64,000 nt of DNA from Styela clava (taxonomy: Eukaryota): the NCBI RefSeq assembly GCF_964204865.1, contig NC_135260.1, positions 15,190,001-15,254,000 of the forward strand. The letters are read 5' to 3'. Positions 1 through 14,910 of the stretch are shown here, piece after piece. Every line of letters begins with the position of its first letter. The stretch's first letter is position 1. The notes under the pieces are model-generated. The model made no database searches and was not told the DNA's origin. It was given only the letters and a program-made list of their open reading frames with translations. Made by a program: the position numbers and the translations under genes.

Positions 1-1522
1 CTATGCCATTTTTATCGTGCAACTGTCATTATAATGAATTTCGGAAGTTTTGAACAGCCGGTGTGGATTGGGTACCGAGGCCATAACATTGCGACAACGT
101 ACGTCAACGATTTTGACTATACACGATAATTAAATCATGCTGGCAGACAGATGCTGCTTTTGACATCGTCCGTCAGTCTTCGGATATTACTTGTAACCGC
201 CACTGATGCGTACTTTTCTGTTGTCCTTTCCTGTAGATTTCCGGCTTGAACAATAAATTAAATTGTCGGGATTTGTTGGAAAACCACAAAGTGATGTATC
301 AATCACACTTGTACGTATTATTTACGTAGCCAGAGTAATCTAACCTTCATTACAGGAGGTTGAATCGAACCACTTTACATTTGGCAAGAGCTTCAAGGGT
401 ATCAAACTAATTAACATTGTGTAACTGTCGTAAAACAGAACAAGGAAATGAAAAGTTGTCCCACCACAGGCTTACCAATAGACGTAAACAGTGCTTTATA
501 GTCAATCTTTCATAACTACAGTTGTTTTCTTGAATCCGCGTAATTTCCGATTTTCTTTATTTAACCTCATGTTCTCATAACATTTTGTGACGCCCAAAAT
601 TATGTTCGTCCGCAAATTAAAGTAATATAATGCCTATTTTAAGCATTTATATAAATTACCCAATACGACCAGTTATCCCACCATTGAAAAGCTACATCGT
701 TTTGTCATCAAACAAAGCAATTCAACCCAATTTCACTGGCTATATATTTAGTGACCGGGTCTAAATTATGATCTCCTCTACTTGTAAACATGTATATCAT
801 TGAACGTAATTGCATACTAAAGTTGGGTGGCCGAAGACGGGTTGATTCATGATGTGTGAGAATGTAAAAACCTTGATTTTTCCCACAAGTTGTGTCAAGT
901 CTTTAGAACATTTTCAGAAAAAAACTTGTCCCAGCAATTACTCGTGTCTTCCGCCTCGGATGGGTTTACAGATACACCCAGATAATTTAAGATATATTCT
1001 ATCTGGAGTAAACAACTGTTGCGCGAAGCGTCCTAGATTACTGAAACTTTTGTGTACAATCATACACTAACAAAAGTTTTATTATTGAATGAACTTTTTA
1101 TGTTGCTAATAAATTTCGGATTAAAACAGCTCTACAGTATTACCTGTTATATGTCATAAAAGCTAATTTTAGTCGTTTCTTTATTTTAGTCAACAGTCTC
1201 ATTATTAAATCTAATAAAATTAAAATATACAATTTTTTAATTTACTATGAAATAACTAATTTTGTCACTTAAATTCTCTTCATATAGGATTACGAGTAAT
1301 TGTTAGATAAAGCTTGACAATATGATGTACTTTCTCGTAAAAGTTAATTGCCTATCTCCCTAATTATTACTCAAATCGATTTTATTGAATTTTACTAATT
1401 CTTCAAATGTCAGTTACACAACGCCTATCAGGAATGGGATAGAATTCTACTTAGTACAAAAATAGACTTCCGTTAAATTAATTTCCAACGATTTTTAGCG
1501 TTTCAATTACAATTAGATGTAA

Positions 1523-1598
1523 CTGCGGTCAACCTCGTTACCATAACTGGAAAACCTTTTGATTTTCTGCGGTCAACCTCGTTACCTTAACTAGAAAA
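1523..1598 (+). repeat. Short direct tandem duplication (about 32 bp, 2 copies)
   Basis: CTGCGGTCAACCTCGTTACC(A/T)TAACT(G/A)GAAAA occurs twice. Confidence 0.85.
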
Positions 1599-3269
1599 GG
1601 TTTTAACTTGGATTCAATAATGTGGAATAGCATTAATGTGTTTTCTCATGTTAGCTTGAGCCATATGTATTTGGAGTCTCAAAAGAATGATTTATGGGTG
1701 TTTCATGGTTGTTCTAAACGAGATATAAAATTGTAATCACAGCGATGAACGAAGCATACCCAATAAAATAGAGACTTTTAAATGAACAAAATAGTTTTGA
1801 CGAAGTGGCCTTTAGTCATATTGAATGTCCAGTAAATTTAATTCGAATTTCAATGTCTCATTCCCTCAAAACATCGGCGATATTATTATTTGTATTTTTG
1901 TCTCGTTTGGGGAGTGTTGATATAAATACAAATTTTCCAATTGTCATGTGACATTTACTGCTGGGGTACTTTATTCCAAACCACTATCAAATGCCACTAA
2001 ATTTTATATTCACTTCAACCGCATGGCAGCAATTGCCATAAGCATTCCGTTGTGGCACCGGAACGGCACATTATAAATTGTTAGATCATCACACAAAAAA
2101 GCACGTTCAGGATTATCATTACAATATACATAAGCTGCCTTTCATAACCGAAGCAATAACTTTCCGATAGGTATGACCTCTACTCTCTGATGATCTTGTC
2201 CCAAGGGTCATTCCTGTATTATTGCAGGCTTAGCATGCTTGAAATTACAAATATTTTTTTTCTTTCGAAATGCGATGATTTATATTATATAGAGGTAAGG
2301 CGCCTGACTGGCGACGACTTGTTGATAACGAAAACTATACCGGCAGAATACGTCGCAGTTTTAACAATAACACGACCGGACACGTGATGTGGTAGGAGTT
2401 GCATTTAACCACCCAACTATGAATGCAATCAGTTTCCGGTACAGTTATTTGGTAGGAGTCGAATTTCACCAAATATAAATGCAAATTTAAATAGGCCTTC
2501 CATGAACAAAATATTAGGCACCGAAGTACATTTTTATAGTTTTTTAGCGTGATTTACTTTTCTATTTGAATTCACAATTCATATTTGATTTCTGGATTAA
2601 TCAAAATATTACATTTTGTATTTATTTCACAATCTGGAAAATTCGTAATTTGATATCCATTTATCAAAATTAAGTAAATTGTCTTGCACCCACGACCCGA
2701 ACTAAAGCTAATACTAGATTTGTGCATTTTGTACTGCCATACTTTCGATTATTATAATGTCATAAAACGGCAGGGCAAAGCTTTATCGGTCCGCTAACGT
2801 TGAAAGACAATTGTCGTTGAATCCTATTCCGGCTATGACGTCACTGAACTTAAAAGCAAAATTATGAAAAGTGACAAAGTAGTGTCCACATCTGGCTTAT
2901 CTAACAAAAGATGCCACACCTGTTACAAAAAACAAGGCCACATGCCGTACGCACGCAATATCGTGCGCTGACAAAAAAGAACGATTTCGAATCCCTTTCT
3001 TTGGGATAAGGCAATTTCATATTTTCTACATGCGTATTTTGCATGGGCCACGAAAGTTGATTATTTTCGTATGTTAATTTGATTATATAAATTGCAACCA
3101 CTTGTCGTCATACACAGCGTTAAAGCCCACTTACTGCTAAATCCTATGTCAGAATTCTGAAAATAGTCAGTTTTGCGGTACAACACGACATTTCGCAATT
3201 TTGAACACGGTTCACACACTTTTATCATCATCTTTTGATTTTAACCACCTTGTTTGTAATCCTATTATA

Positions 3270-5340
3270 ACTCGTCAATGGAAGTATGAAATTGTGAATT
3301 GCCCCACAATTGGCACTTCTCTGTAAGTTTTCGATATTCCATAACCACTTATATTGCACTATCAGTGCGATAAAATAGTGATTATTTGTGTGGAGAGTAA
3401 CCATGCCATCTTCATCGGCCCTTTCAAAGTCGTGGTTAGATTATATCGTAAATTGGGATCTCTTTCTATACAAAAAGGGCCTTATATGACGACATTTGGG
3501 TTTTGCTGTCGGTAATGTGGCTGAAATTGATTCAAAATGTGCCAATGAAAACAAGAGAGATTTAAATTGTAGTGTTTGGTCATTATTTTCATCCGCCAAT
3601 ACCACAAATCCTTTTTTGAAGACACTCGTAGTTAGCTATGACAAATTAACGATTCAATTTGCGTTTTCAAAATCTTTTTCACGCGATCGTATCGCCAAAA
3701 TTGCATTACAGATGTGAATTTTCTTTGGTATGTTGGTAATAATTGGCCTTTGAGATAACACAATTTTAAAGTCAAATAAACAATTGATTATCGACATACT
3801 CACTATAACATCTAAATTTTTTTATTTTGTCTATTTCTTTAACTGTCAGTTCCATCGGAAACTCCGAACCGAAAAATACGTTTCTTACAATAATAGTTGT
3901 TTCTGACTTATCAGTTTCTGATTGTTTGTTCATAGTAAAAGGTGTAAAAAAGCGTCACTTAAATATTTATAAAAATGGAAAATTGCTACCACATGCTCAA
4001 CGGTACAAAATCAATCATAAAACTGGAAATGAGTGCATTGAAAAGAAATACAAAGTCCAGTCCAAATTGGCAACACTATCGTTGATATTTTCAATCCTTC
4101 AACCCTGCCTATATTGCACATCATATTCATATCAATCAATCACAGTAAATTGAATTTTAACACCTTCCAGAAAGGAGGTGACGACGAAGGTGACAGGCTA
4201 ATGTTGCGGTTCAACCAAGAACTACGTAAGTCGCTAGGAATGAGACATGCGTGCCAAAATATGATAGTGATGAGCTAATAGGCATATAGCAAGTATAGGC
4301 ATAAGATAATTCAATATGACAATACTTAATATTAAATTCACAGTGGCTGTATAAGGTTGCTTTCACTGTAAGATAATGTTAGCAATAAAGCAGTAGTAAT
4401 TTTTAAGATTCTTCCACCATTTTAAATATATATTGAATTTGAAAATGTTCAATATTATGTTCTCATATTTATTTCAAATTTCATCAAAACCCTTTTTAAG
4501 ATTCATAAGTATTTTTCAACTCAGAGAATCAATATCATCTTATTTCGAAGCATCATTCCAAAACTCGATTTTAGTCATATCAATCGAATTCAGTAATCAA
4601 GTCACATTGTCTGTATCTGACAATAACGGACATCCATATTGCGAACCAATAAGTACTGCCTTAGACTTAGTAATATCGCATTAATTCCGAACATTTTTAA
4701 ACTAATCATCGGCGCCTATAAAAAATGATCAAATTAAGTATTTTCAGACTCTCAAATTCGCATCTTGACGACAGTAAAACTGGGTCAACAAGTGGAATTG
4801 TCATTCAAAAGTTACAAACTTCTGGTTTTAAATTGTATCAAACCCGATACCCGACGACACCAATCTGTTCAATTATAACTGGTAAAGTAAGAACAAACAT
4901 ACTGAAAATACCAATATATCGCGTGACACTTGTCAATCATAATTAGTTTCTTTTTGAAGCGAAAGACGAGAAAATCGAAAAATTAACTGGTATTTCAAAG
5001 CAGTTTAATTTTGTCATATATTGGTCAGGCAGTGTATACCGGTGATGCCTGGTGTTGAAACGATTATTACCATTATTCACATTTGATACCCTTATGTGGC
5101 AATACGAGTTATCCAGTCGCAGATCTCGTGCAAGTATATTATAGCCATTGTGACGATAATGTAATTTTGAAAATATCACACCACTTGTGAAACTGTCCTC
5201 TGAAGGTCGTTCTCCAAGTATTTATCGAGATTTCCATAAGATGCCATTTTTGAAATGTTAATTATACCAAACAATAGAAAGACTGGGGAAAGATGTAATA
5301 AAGAAGTAAACAATGAATTTGATTCACTGCAACATTCATC
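3270..5340 (-). pseudogene. Two decayed, intronless reading frames of unknown family (possible viral or retroelement env-like relic)
   Basis: Long protein-like frames broken by scattered stops and by frameshifts at homopolymer runs. The + strand ORFs 3496-3717, 3827-4153, 4433-4684 and 4725-4946 are their antisense shadows. No motif positively recognised. Confidence 0.35.
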
Positions 5341-8300
5341 TCATCAATCAAAGTCAAAATTCCGTTTACACTTTAACATCGAACAATCCACCTGAACATA
5401 TAGGTATTTTAGTAAATTCAATTATATTCATGAACGTTGAATTCGAGTATATTTTACAAATTTGTTAAGAAATACACGGCGCCTACTTAGCTTTTATCCC
5501 ATTTCGATAGCAATTGAAGTCGAATTAGACTTTTGCGATGGCTCATTTATTAGCCCAATTCAAGTGGTTTATGAATGATTCTGTCGTCAGCGGTAAAGTA
5601 GGAAGGATATACCGACTCTCAAAAAGCTATTACCTCTTAGATAAGTGTCAAAATAAAAAATCATTATTTGCAACTGTCACAATCATAAGATTGTCTCTCC
5701 AAAATAACAGAATGTATTTCTTTGAATTGTCGTCTGATTTCCCCATAGACACCCAATAGATTGCACATGTTACAATCATGATTTCAGTCAGATAAAGAGC
5801 TTTTATTTTGAATCGCCCGTCACGGTAGTACTAACAAATTTGTAGCGTACCTCATATTAGCTTTTCGATAATTTTATTTAAAGGTTGGTTTCATTATTTA
5901 TTTTTTATTTTTTGGCACAGATTTCGCCCGTCGTTTTGATTTTTTGGCTCGAATGTCAATATTTTGAAAAAATTCACTGGTGCGAATGAAAATACATACA
6001 TGCAAAAATGCCGCGCTTTCTGCTGATCGTTAGGTTCGTTATTGCTGCGGTTGCACACCGGAAGATTGTCGTCTTTCTTGTCTTACGACCCTAAAATTTT
6101 GGTTTCCCAATAATAACAAAATCTTCAAAAGACTCCACAAAACAAAAACATATTTAGTATTATCATAAGCCGAACTAACCCACTTAACTAAATCAAATTT
6201 TAAAATTAATGTATTTTAGAAAGAACCGTGAACTTTCTTGTGTCCCTTTCTGACATTGCTACCGAATTTATTCGCAATAAACTGTGTTGCAATGATGAAT
6301 TACCTTATATCCTCAAAGATAGTTTGGTAAATTCCAAACTATTCAAACACAATACATATAGCTTTTTTCGTATAGCTTTTAATAAATTAATACCATACAA
6401 CGTGAGACAGGCAAACATACCAGCAATTTCTCGTCATTCGCCACTTTTTCGTTTCATAATAATACATTGCAGTCAAACGGTCTATTTGGTGTAAATTGCA
6501 ACCGCGAAGTGATTTATTGTAAATAATTTGTTCAATGGTTGCCATCGACTGATGAATTTCCAGCAACGTGACCCACGTGATTACAAACTGTCGTACCCCA
6601 ACGCTCCATCAGTCTCAGATGAAAAGATCGTCAACTTCGTGATGACAAGTGATAGAATAACGAAGTAACGTTGGCCTTGATTTATATGATTAAAATGAAG
6701 AATATATAGCTATTTAATTTACTTACCATCAGGGTTTTTGAAAGTTTTAGGCGAGTCGTCACTCGTACTGGTGTGTATCATCGCCTTACATCATTATTTC
6801 AGATCCTGTTGAATGGCATGCGTAAGCATTTTTCGTATTCTGTCATTTCAATTTCGACCGGAACCTCATCAAAACATCAAAATATTCTAGAGTTATAGCA
6901 TAACACTTTTATTCGAATACGACTTCTAAGGTCGTGGGAAACGGTGAACCGAAACAAATATTTTTGACTCGATTATATGTTTTCATCCAAAATAAAGGAT
7001 GTATGACAATATTTGACGTCTTCAACTTACCGAATACAATATAAAATACATTCCTTCGCCGAAATAATCTAATTATGAACGCCATGATTCGCTTGATTCA
7101 CCGTTTATAAGAATGAGTCAAGACCTCAGGCCTCCTGCGAGTTGGGCTCGGTTACGTCGCCCCTTTACGCTGTTTTATTCTGAATGACTTACTTGTGTAT
7201 GTATGAATAATGACGTCAATTGTACCGTTAGGGAGAAGTCATAAACAAGGCTATCTTAATAAATCTACTTTTTAAAGGCATGAGTCAGTGGTACTATTAT
7301 ACCGAACACATAAAACTCGATTGAGGGACTGTAATCAGTCAGCCAAAGACTACTGTTTCAGTCAAATATTCTGGCTATTGTCATTTTGCTTTTACTTGGA
7401 TTTTGCATTTGTTTGAGTATTATCTTCCTCACAATAGTGATAAATTTGTTCGATTCATTGCCCTCCAGTTATTGTCAACCAAAGTCATCAACGTCACGTA
7501 ATGTTTTGTGTCGGTCACGTCCTGCGGACAAGCACCTGGTATAAACGATCAATACATCCGATAAATTATATCTTAGTGTTATTGACTGTATTGTAACTAC
7601 TTCACGCTACTAATCCAATTATCACTACATGATCGTAATGAGCTACTGTATGATGTAAGATTGGTAAATGGTCTTCCGCATAAATTCACATATCGTAATC
7701 AACTTTCGAAACGTTTTTCAAATCCTAATACCCTCCAGGATATGATATAAAAAACAAACTTGCTCTCATATTAAAACCGCGTTCACTGGTTTTTACCGAT
7801 GAGAGTTATCTTCTTCTTATGACAAAGTTTACATTCAATATTTATGCTTGACCTCTGATATAAACTTCTGTATTGAAGACCATGAAACTCGTTGGGACAA
7901 CTACGCCATTTTAACTTTATCGCAACGATCGAATGACACGCTTGTCTATTTTCTGATCAAAATATGGATGCGTTGTATGATTATGGAATTGCGAAATTAT
8001 TAGATTTAAAGGTTTTTTAAAAAGTACAGTATTTTCACTACATTTTTGGAGAGCGTTATTGACGAACATCATTCCACAGGCTGGTTATCCCATACTGAAT
8101 GAGGAGTCTATAATCGTTTTGGATCATCCAAACGATGTAGATCTTCGAGGTCGTGCTTTTCTAAGTAGATGCAATCAATCTACGACCGTAAACTCGGCCA
8201 TTGTAGGTCTCAATGTAAAATAATGAATTGCTTTCACAATCACGATATTGTTTGAAACGATTGAAAATCAAAATTTTTATTTTTCATTTTAAATTTTTTA

Positions 8301-11300
8301 ATTACCATTTTTTTAATCCACACGGAATCTGACAAGCTTTGTTATTCTCGGAACCGCCATCTTTGAAGATACCGACAAATAATCCTAATTTTGTACCCAT
8401 GCCAGATAACTGTAGATTTGTGTATATCAGAATTACCAGTCGAATTTGAAGGAATTACTAACGGAGTCCTCTGAATGCCGAGATATTAGAATAACTAAAC
8501 TACCGCTACTAAAAGGACGTTTCCGGATTTAAATCGGAATTACCTCTTTGATGCATTTGTATATATCATGAATATGTAGCACGAATCGCCTATTGTAACT
8601 TGTCTATCAATCGCCAACAGTCTTGTTTATCAAATTTGTTTATAAATGAAATTAAATGATAAATTGTTTTCGCAATCAATATTTTGCGGTAAAATGAAAC
8701 CCGTAACACTTCACTTTCAGGGATATTTGGTTATGTATAGTATAATGTTGTGAACATTTTAAAATCGGATGTTACAAAAAATAGAAATTGTTTTTACCCA
8801 ATGTATAAAAACTTCTTCTATTTAGGTTCAAAACACTTAATCCGTCCGACAAATTCAAACTGTATTTTTTTTATTTAAAGAACAAAATCCAATTAGGAAT
8901 TTTTTTAAATTGGCTAGCTGTCCTGTATTTGACTCTAAACCAGATCATATGTCAAGTTCATAGGTCAGAATTTAGAGATGGAAAATCCACTTGGAACTTT
9001 CTGTTTTTAAAAAAAGTCTGTATTGGCTTCAAGCTATATGTTTAAGACGCTAAATCCACTATTTAGTATATAATACTTTGGTGTTATGGTCAACAAAATT
9101 CCTTTTAATTTCAATAAATCTCTTTGATGTTCATTTTGGCGTGCAATCAAATGGTATTTTCTATTTTATTATATAAAATCTTCAAGTTGAAAAACAACAT
9201 TGATAATTTTTATACAAAACTTTTTCGGTTGAATTATAATCCTTTTCATTTTTGAAAGCACAATATATTAGGTATAGTAAACTTCGGGGGGTCCACGCGT
9301 ACACAGTTGTTATAAAGTAAAATCATTGAAAATAGCTTAATATATGTATGATTCATGCATAACAAATGCCATTGGCCCATTGAGAAGACATGGCCAATTT
9401 TTAACATTTCCGACACACTAATATGAGCAAATTTCCGCCTTGTCGCGACGTATTCATATGACTTAATTTTGTGAGACATTTCACGCCATAGAGTCTTTTG
9501 ATGGTGATATGGATACGAAAATAAATCGCCTATTCACTGGCCAATTAAAAGTGAACAAATTGCAACTATTTCTTAAATCCGCGTGGGTCACTGACCGGCT
9601 CAATAGGGATTAAACAAAGGAAAATATGAAAGAATTTTTTAAAATTCAAGAACTCGGAATATATACCACGAATACAGGTATGTTTTCGTTTGGATAAAGT
9701 TATTTATCAATGCTAAGTATAGGCTAAAACGCTTTGCTTATTGCGTTTTGGCGATTACATATAAGAGTATTGCAAATGCTTCGTACTACTTATTCACCTT
9801 GAATACAGCATACAGGCATAATTTTATTTTAATTTTAATTGGAATTAAGCCTCGCCCACGCAGTCGGCTCCCAGAGCTTAACATTGGAACATGACAAAGC
9901 ACCTTCAACACATAAAAATAATTTTAATTTCTAAGAAATTGTGCCCAATAAACCTGGACATTGATTTAAAATACTGTTTTATCAATGCTTTTTTGTACAT
10001 AGCTATTTGAAATCTACGCGGATAGCGAGAAAAATCAACCGATTTTTTTTCATACTTTATGATGTGTTTGTATTGGTGAACTATAAAATATGGGTAGAAT
10101 TAACTCCTCGTTTTGCAATATGGTATTCCCAAGTGCTTACTGCAGCTTTTCATTCCGCATAAGTTCATCACCATGTTTTGTTAAATGATAGTAAATTCCC
10201 GTCAACACCCGAATCTCATTCCAATACCCGCGGCGGCATCGTATGTAAAACTTCCGTACTTGACATTGTTAAATACTTTCTTTATACTGTGACGTCATAC
10301 TCTGATATCATCCGTTAAACCGTGTTTGTTGTTGTGTGTTTGTGGGTGTATAATAAGGATTGACAACCACATATGCTCTTGTGATGGCGTGAGTGGCATA
10401 TACTTGCAGTTTAGCTGTTTCCAGTCACGCTATTCAGTGATGTTAGTCATGGTATCTTGATGAAATGGAATTTACTAATCACCACAAATTACCAAATTAA
10501 CCAATCAACGAAAGCTAACAATTATATTATTTCGGGGAAAGAGATTATGTTATTCCTATTTATAAGTTTAACATTATCTCGTTTAAGCATACTTTCGGCA
10601 ACGGCCACATACGGATCCGAACTAGTGAGAAGACAATGAGAAAGGACCTGTAGTTTAATATACAATACCCCGGTAGTCCTTATATTGTTATAGTAGAAAT
10701 AAAATAAATTTTTGCAACACTGTGGGTGTAACAAACTGTGATTTTCGAACTGTATGGCTATCGTACTTCATTCATATACCCATATACATACACTGTAATA
10801 CACATAACACAATTAACAACAAAGGACATCCCATGAAGTAACCTTGATGACGGATAAGCCTTCTGTTCTTTTATCCTCTTTCCTTTGAAACTAGGCCTGT
10901 CCGCCAGACCCCGTTCAGCTTTTCATTAGCACCTCGTTAATGGCCGAACGCACGGTTCTCTCGGGAGATGGAATTTAATTGAATTTAACTACACGCGCGG
11001 TCTTTTTGGAATTTTTTACTATTGAAAAGTATTTCAATGGTGCACAGCGGATCTGCTATGATAACCTTATCAACCAAAATTTTTAGCAACTTTGAAATTC
11101 CCATCTCAGCTTTAAGCAAATTGCATTTTTGACTTTTTGCCCAGTTCGGTTTGTCAATCTTTTCTAATCTTATAATCTACTATACCACTGCTTATAAGAT
11201 GACGTCAATGAGTCACGTGGTATTTTGTGGATTCCGTCAGGGCAATCTCAAACTAACCCACAATTGCTGAACCGTTCGTTTCCTCGGCGTTTCAAGAATC

Positions 11301-14139
11301 CGATGTCGAATAGGGAGCCAAAGGGATAAATTTAATTAATCCAACTGTGCATTCAATTCAACCTTTATTGGCGAGTAGTCAATTCACCGTTTGCACTTCA
11401 TTTGCTTTAATACGCCTTGCGTATTTGAACCATGCGACCGATGTTCTCGGCATTAGCAATCAGCAATCTTCAGACTTGTATGAAAGTTGTAACATTTAAG
11501 TTTTTTTTAAATCTCACGAGTTATTCCTTTTTCGACGTAATGTGAAAAATTGTCGCACTTATTTCTGATCTTCTTGAGTCATTGTTCCCAGTATTATTGT
11601 TGGCAATCTACCAGACTGATCTAATTATCCTACACTCAGCTATTGGGTTCCCGCTTGAATTTTGAAATAAATATATAAACAAGATAAATGACGTAGAGAC
11701 TGACGTAACGATTAACCGCTATTCTTCTTTTGCCACCCGACACAACTTTATACCAATCTTTGCCAACTCGCAACCAAACACCCCATTGTTTGTCGACAAA
11801 ACATGAAATTTCACGCCAGATGCATCAATGGGATTTCGTAAATCTCACTCCCTCAATTGAAAAGGTAATCGAGGTCCATCTATCAAGAAAGATATCATTT
11901 GTGTTCTCAGTGAATGACTGATTTTGTTGCCTTTTATTGGCCGCCATCTTGTTTTCTTTTTGTTTGCGAAAGAACGTTTATAATACCCATGTAGATTTAA
12001 TAGGGCCCGTGCGCGGGGCGTACCTTTCAAGTCCCGTTTGACTATTGTCTAACAAGGGGGAATATCTACCCCAACCGCTTTCATAGTCTTATGTAACCTT
12101 AGAGGAACAAAAAAATGAATTACTACAAAACAGATATGGGCTATATGTATATTCATTGACTGTTTTATCCCTGGCGTATCCTTGTTAATGAGATGCATAT
12201 CATTTCGGACTGTTCATTCTTGCGGTTAAAAACAATTTCACCCGGTAATCGATAGGCAAATAAACAATTGATAAAAATAGTGCGAAGTTACTATGCGCAA
12301 ACTACTCTATAGTTACTGTCTGGTTTTAAGTCCAAATATCGACTCACCATTTGTGTGGGTGCCCGTAATATGCGATAATTGGTGTTTAGCGTTTCCAGCT
12401 AATTGGCCCCTAAAGTGTCTAAAACGGTTAACAATAACACAAACAGCTTAAGTAAAATCAGTTTTGGTTTCTTCCAAATATCCTGTTTCAGTGACCTAGA
12501 ATTAACCTGGTTACCGCTTTCGTCTGATTTGTCTAATAAATCACTAGATTTCATAATTTTTGAAGCTTAAATCCTAAAATTGGGTTTCGAGGTAAATATA
12601 CGAAAAAATAAAAATGATATCACAGTATGACCGATTCGTGTGTGATCTGCATAACATTACACGTTACCATATATTGTCACTCTTTGCTGCAAACATTCGC
12701 ATTTAAATCTAAGATTGATTGTTTGTTTGTATTGCAAAGAATTTTACGTTTCTAAAAATAAACCTTTTACTGGTTACCATCTCAATCTCAGCAAAACTGC
12801 TCTCATGATCTCAGACGTAGAGTATATGTTAACCGGGGAAGTGGGTGTTTGTTCCCTGGACGTCTTTTTCATGCCGCTGTAGCCGGCACCGGTCAGCACT
12901 GTTGTTTGACCAATACAAGTCCGATATTATGAATCTGTCAAATTGATTGGTCGATCCGCGATAAGTAAATATTTTTGGGTGAAATAGAACCCCGTTACCT
13001 AATGATGTCTTACTTTGTCAACCCCAACTGATTAGCACTTATAACTTATACCAAACTGTCTGAAACAGGACGCAATTAGAATAATGTTCCGCGATTTTTG
13101 ACAGACCTAATGGGTTACGATTTTAATAATCCAACCTGATAGATAGCTGCATTCGTGTGAAATCGGGCAGCAATGCCCCAACGTTTATAATTTTGGCATT
13201 TTCATACGACGACGCTTATTACTACGTACAAGGCTTTATACAGGCGGTAACCACTGGCATTACCTTCCCAGTTTTTTACACCCTGGGTAAGGTGGGTTCA
13301 TGAGATTTTACCCCCAGATTTGTAATTTCTTATGCCAGCCCAAGACTTTATTAAAAAGAACAATTTTGCAGTGTTTAAACTATAAGATACACTGTTACAC
13401 TTGTAGATTTTATCAGGCAAATATAAAAACATAGATAAGTCTATAAAATTGTGGTGACAGACGCCAACAAACCAGAAAAACATTTGTTTGCAATGTTATA
13501 ATTTAACCTCTAACCTTGTTGAAGTAGCAAGTTTTTTAATATGTTGATAAATTAAAAAAATAACGAATAAAGTAAGTTCAAGGTCTTGTTTTGAAATGGG
13601 GAAGACCACACCTATCGTATTTTGCTTCGATTTCACGCTTCATAGACTCAGTAAATTGCTTTCCATATCTTAATCCTACTTTTAAACTTCTGAACGCCTC
13701 AAATCCAAATCAGTTTGAAGTAATCCTTTTTCCACCCCAAATTGAAATCGATTTATGAGGAAACAATGAAGCGTTTCCAAGTTCTAATATCCATCACCTA
13801 CGGGGCTCACCACCTTCTGCGGGGCGGTTGAAATTCTGTTATCCAATAAATCATTATGATAAAAATCAACACTAAATTATATTTTAAGCTGTGAGATATG
13901 CGGTGAACCAAACACTAATTTTTCTTTTAAATTTAAACTCAAACTCGAATGCCCGGCCAACTCACAATACTGTATGACATCACTAAATTGATTGTGACAT
14001 CATAAAACTTGTTTCTCACGCTTTTTAAACCTGTTTACCCATCTGCCTCAATGACTTTCGAGTAGCACAGTTATTGATATTTACCCCGAAGATTTGATTC
14101 TTGATCCAGACAATATGAAAGGGATTATAACTATTCTTT

Positions 14140-14204
14140 GCCAAGTATGAGCCATAGATAGATCGCACCTCGGCGGTGCGATCTATCTATGGCGCATACT
14201 TGGC
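14140..14204. repeat. Near-perfect 65-nt hairpin (30-bp arms, 1 mismatch, 5-nt loop)
   Basis: GCCAAGTATGAGCCATAGATAGATCGCACC-TCGGC-GGTGCGATCTATCTATGGCGCATACTTGGC. Confidence 0.9.
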
Positions 14205-14910
14205 CGTTTATAAACTGAAGAGGTCAGGTGTAAAGTCGGTTAAAATGAAATGAAATGGAACTATTTCTAGTTAGAGTGGTCCTTGAATTTGATTGCAGCC
14301 TTTCATTAGAACAAGTTCAGAATTTTGTGTCAACATAGTTAACTAGATACAAACTCGTCGCAAATTCTTATTATGAAGATTTGTCGTAACCTTGCAGCGA
14401 AACTGATTCAATTATTTACTCAAGTTTCTAACTCTTGCGGTATCTGGTCCAACTTGTATTGCTATTACACTTATTTGACATCCGTGTATGAATGAATGCA
14501 TTTTTTATTTGGTGCGGCATCACTATCTTTCATCGCGTAATACCTCACTGCAGAGTATATGGTGTATGAAGTGTCGTTCAAAAGTTTAATTACGCAGGGC
14601 TTGGCCATTATCGTTCGTTTAAGCGTTTAAATCGGGTCGGTCAACCACTTCTACGTTGACCCATTGATACGTTTGCCGTGTGTGTCGCACTGGGCCTACG
14701 GGTCACTATTTTCAAGTTTATAAAAACACACGATAGCTAGCGTGCGCGTTGAATGCATCACCGCTGAACTTGCAGCTGTTCCTTATTGTTGCATTTTGCT
14801 TTGTAAACTTTCCATCCGTCAACACTAAATATTATCCATTGTTTTGCGTTCTGATATTCGAGTGGTTTGTAATGATGAATGTGTCACTACAGGGTTTAGT
14901 GAGTTTGACA

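Noticed and set aside
9580-9614. piggyBac-like right end (…CTCAATAGGGATTAA)
   Set aside because: No matching left TIR or TTAA partner could be located.
11720-11830. Possible second LINE C-terminal fragment on the minus strand (WREISCFVDKQWGVWLRVGKDW)
   Set aside because: Too short and lacking diagnostic motifs.
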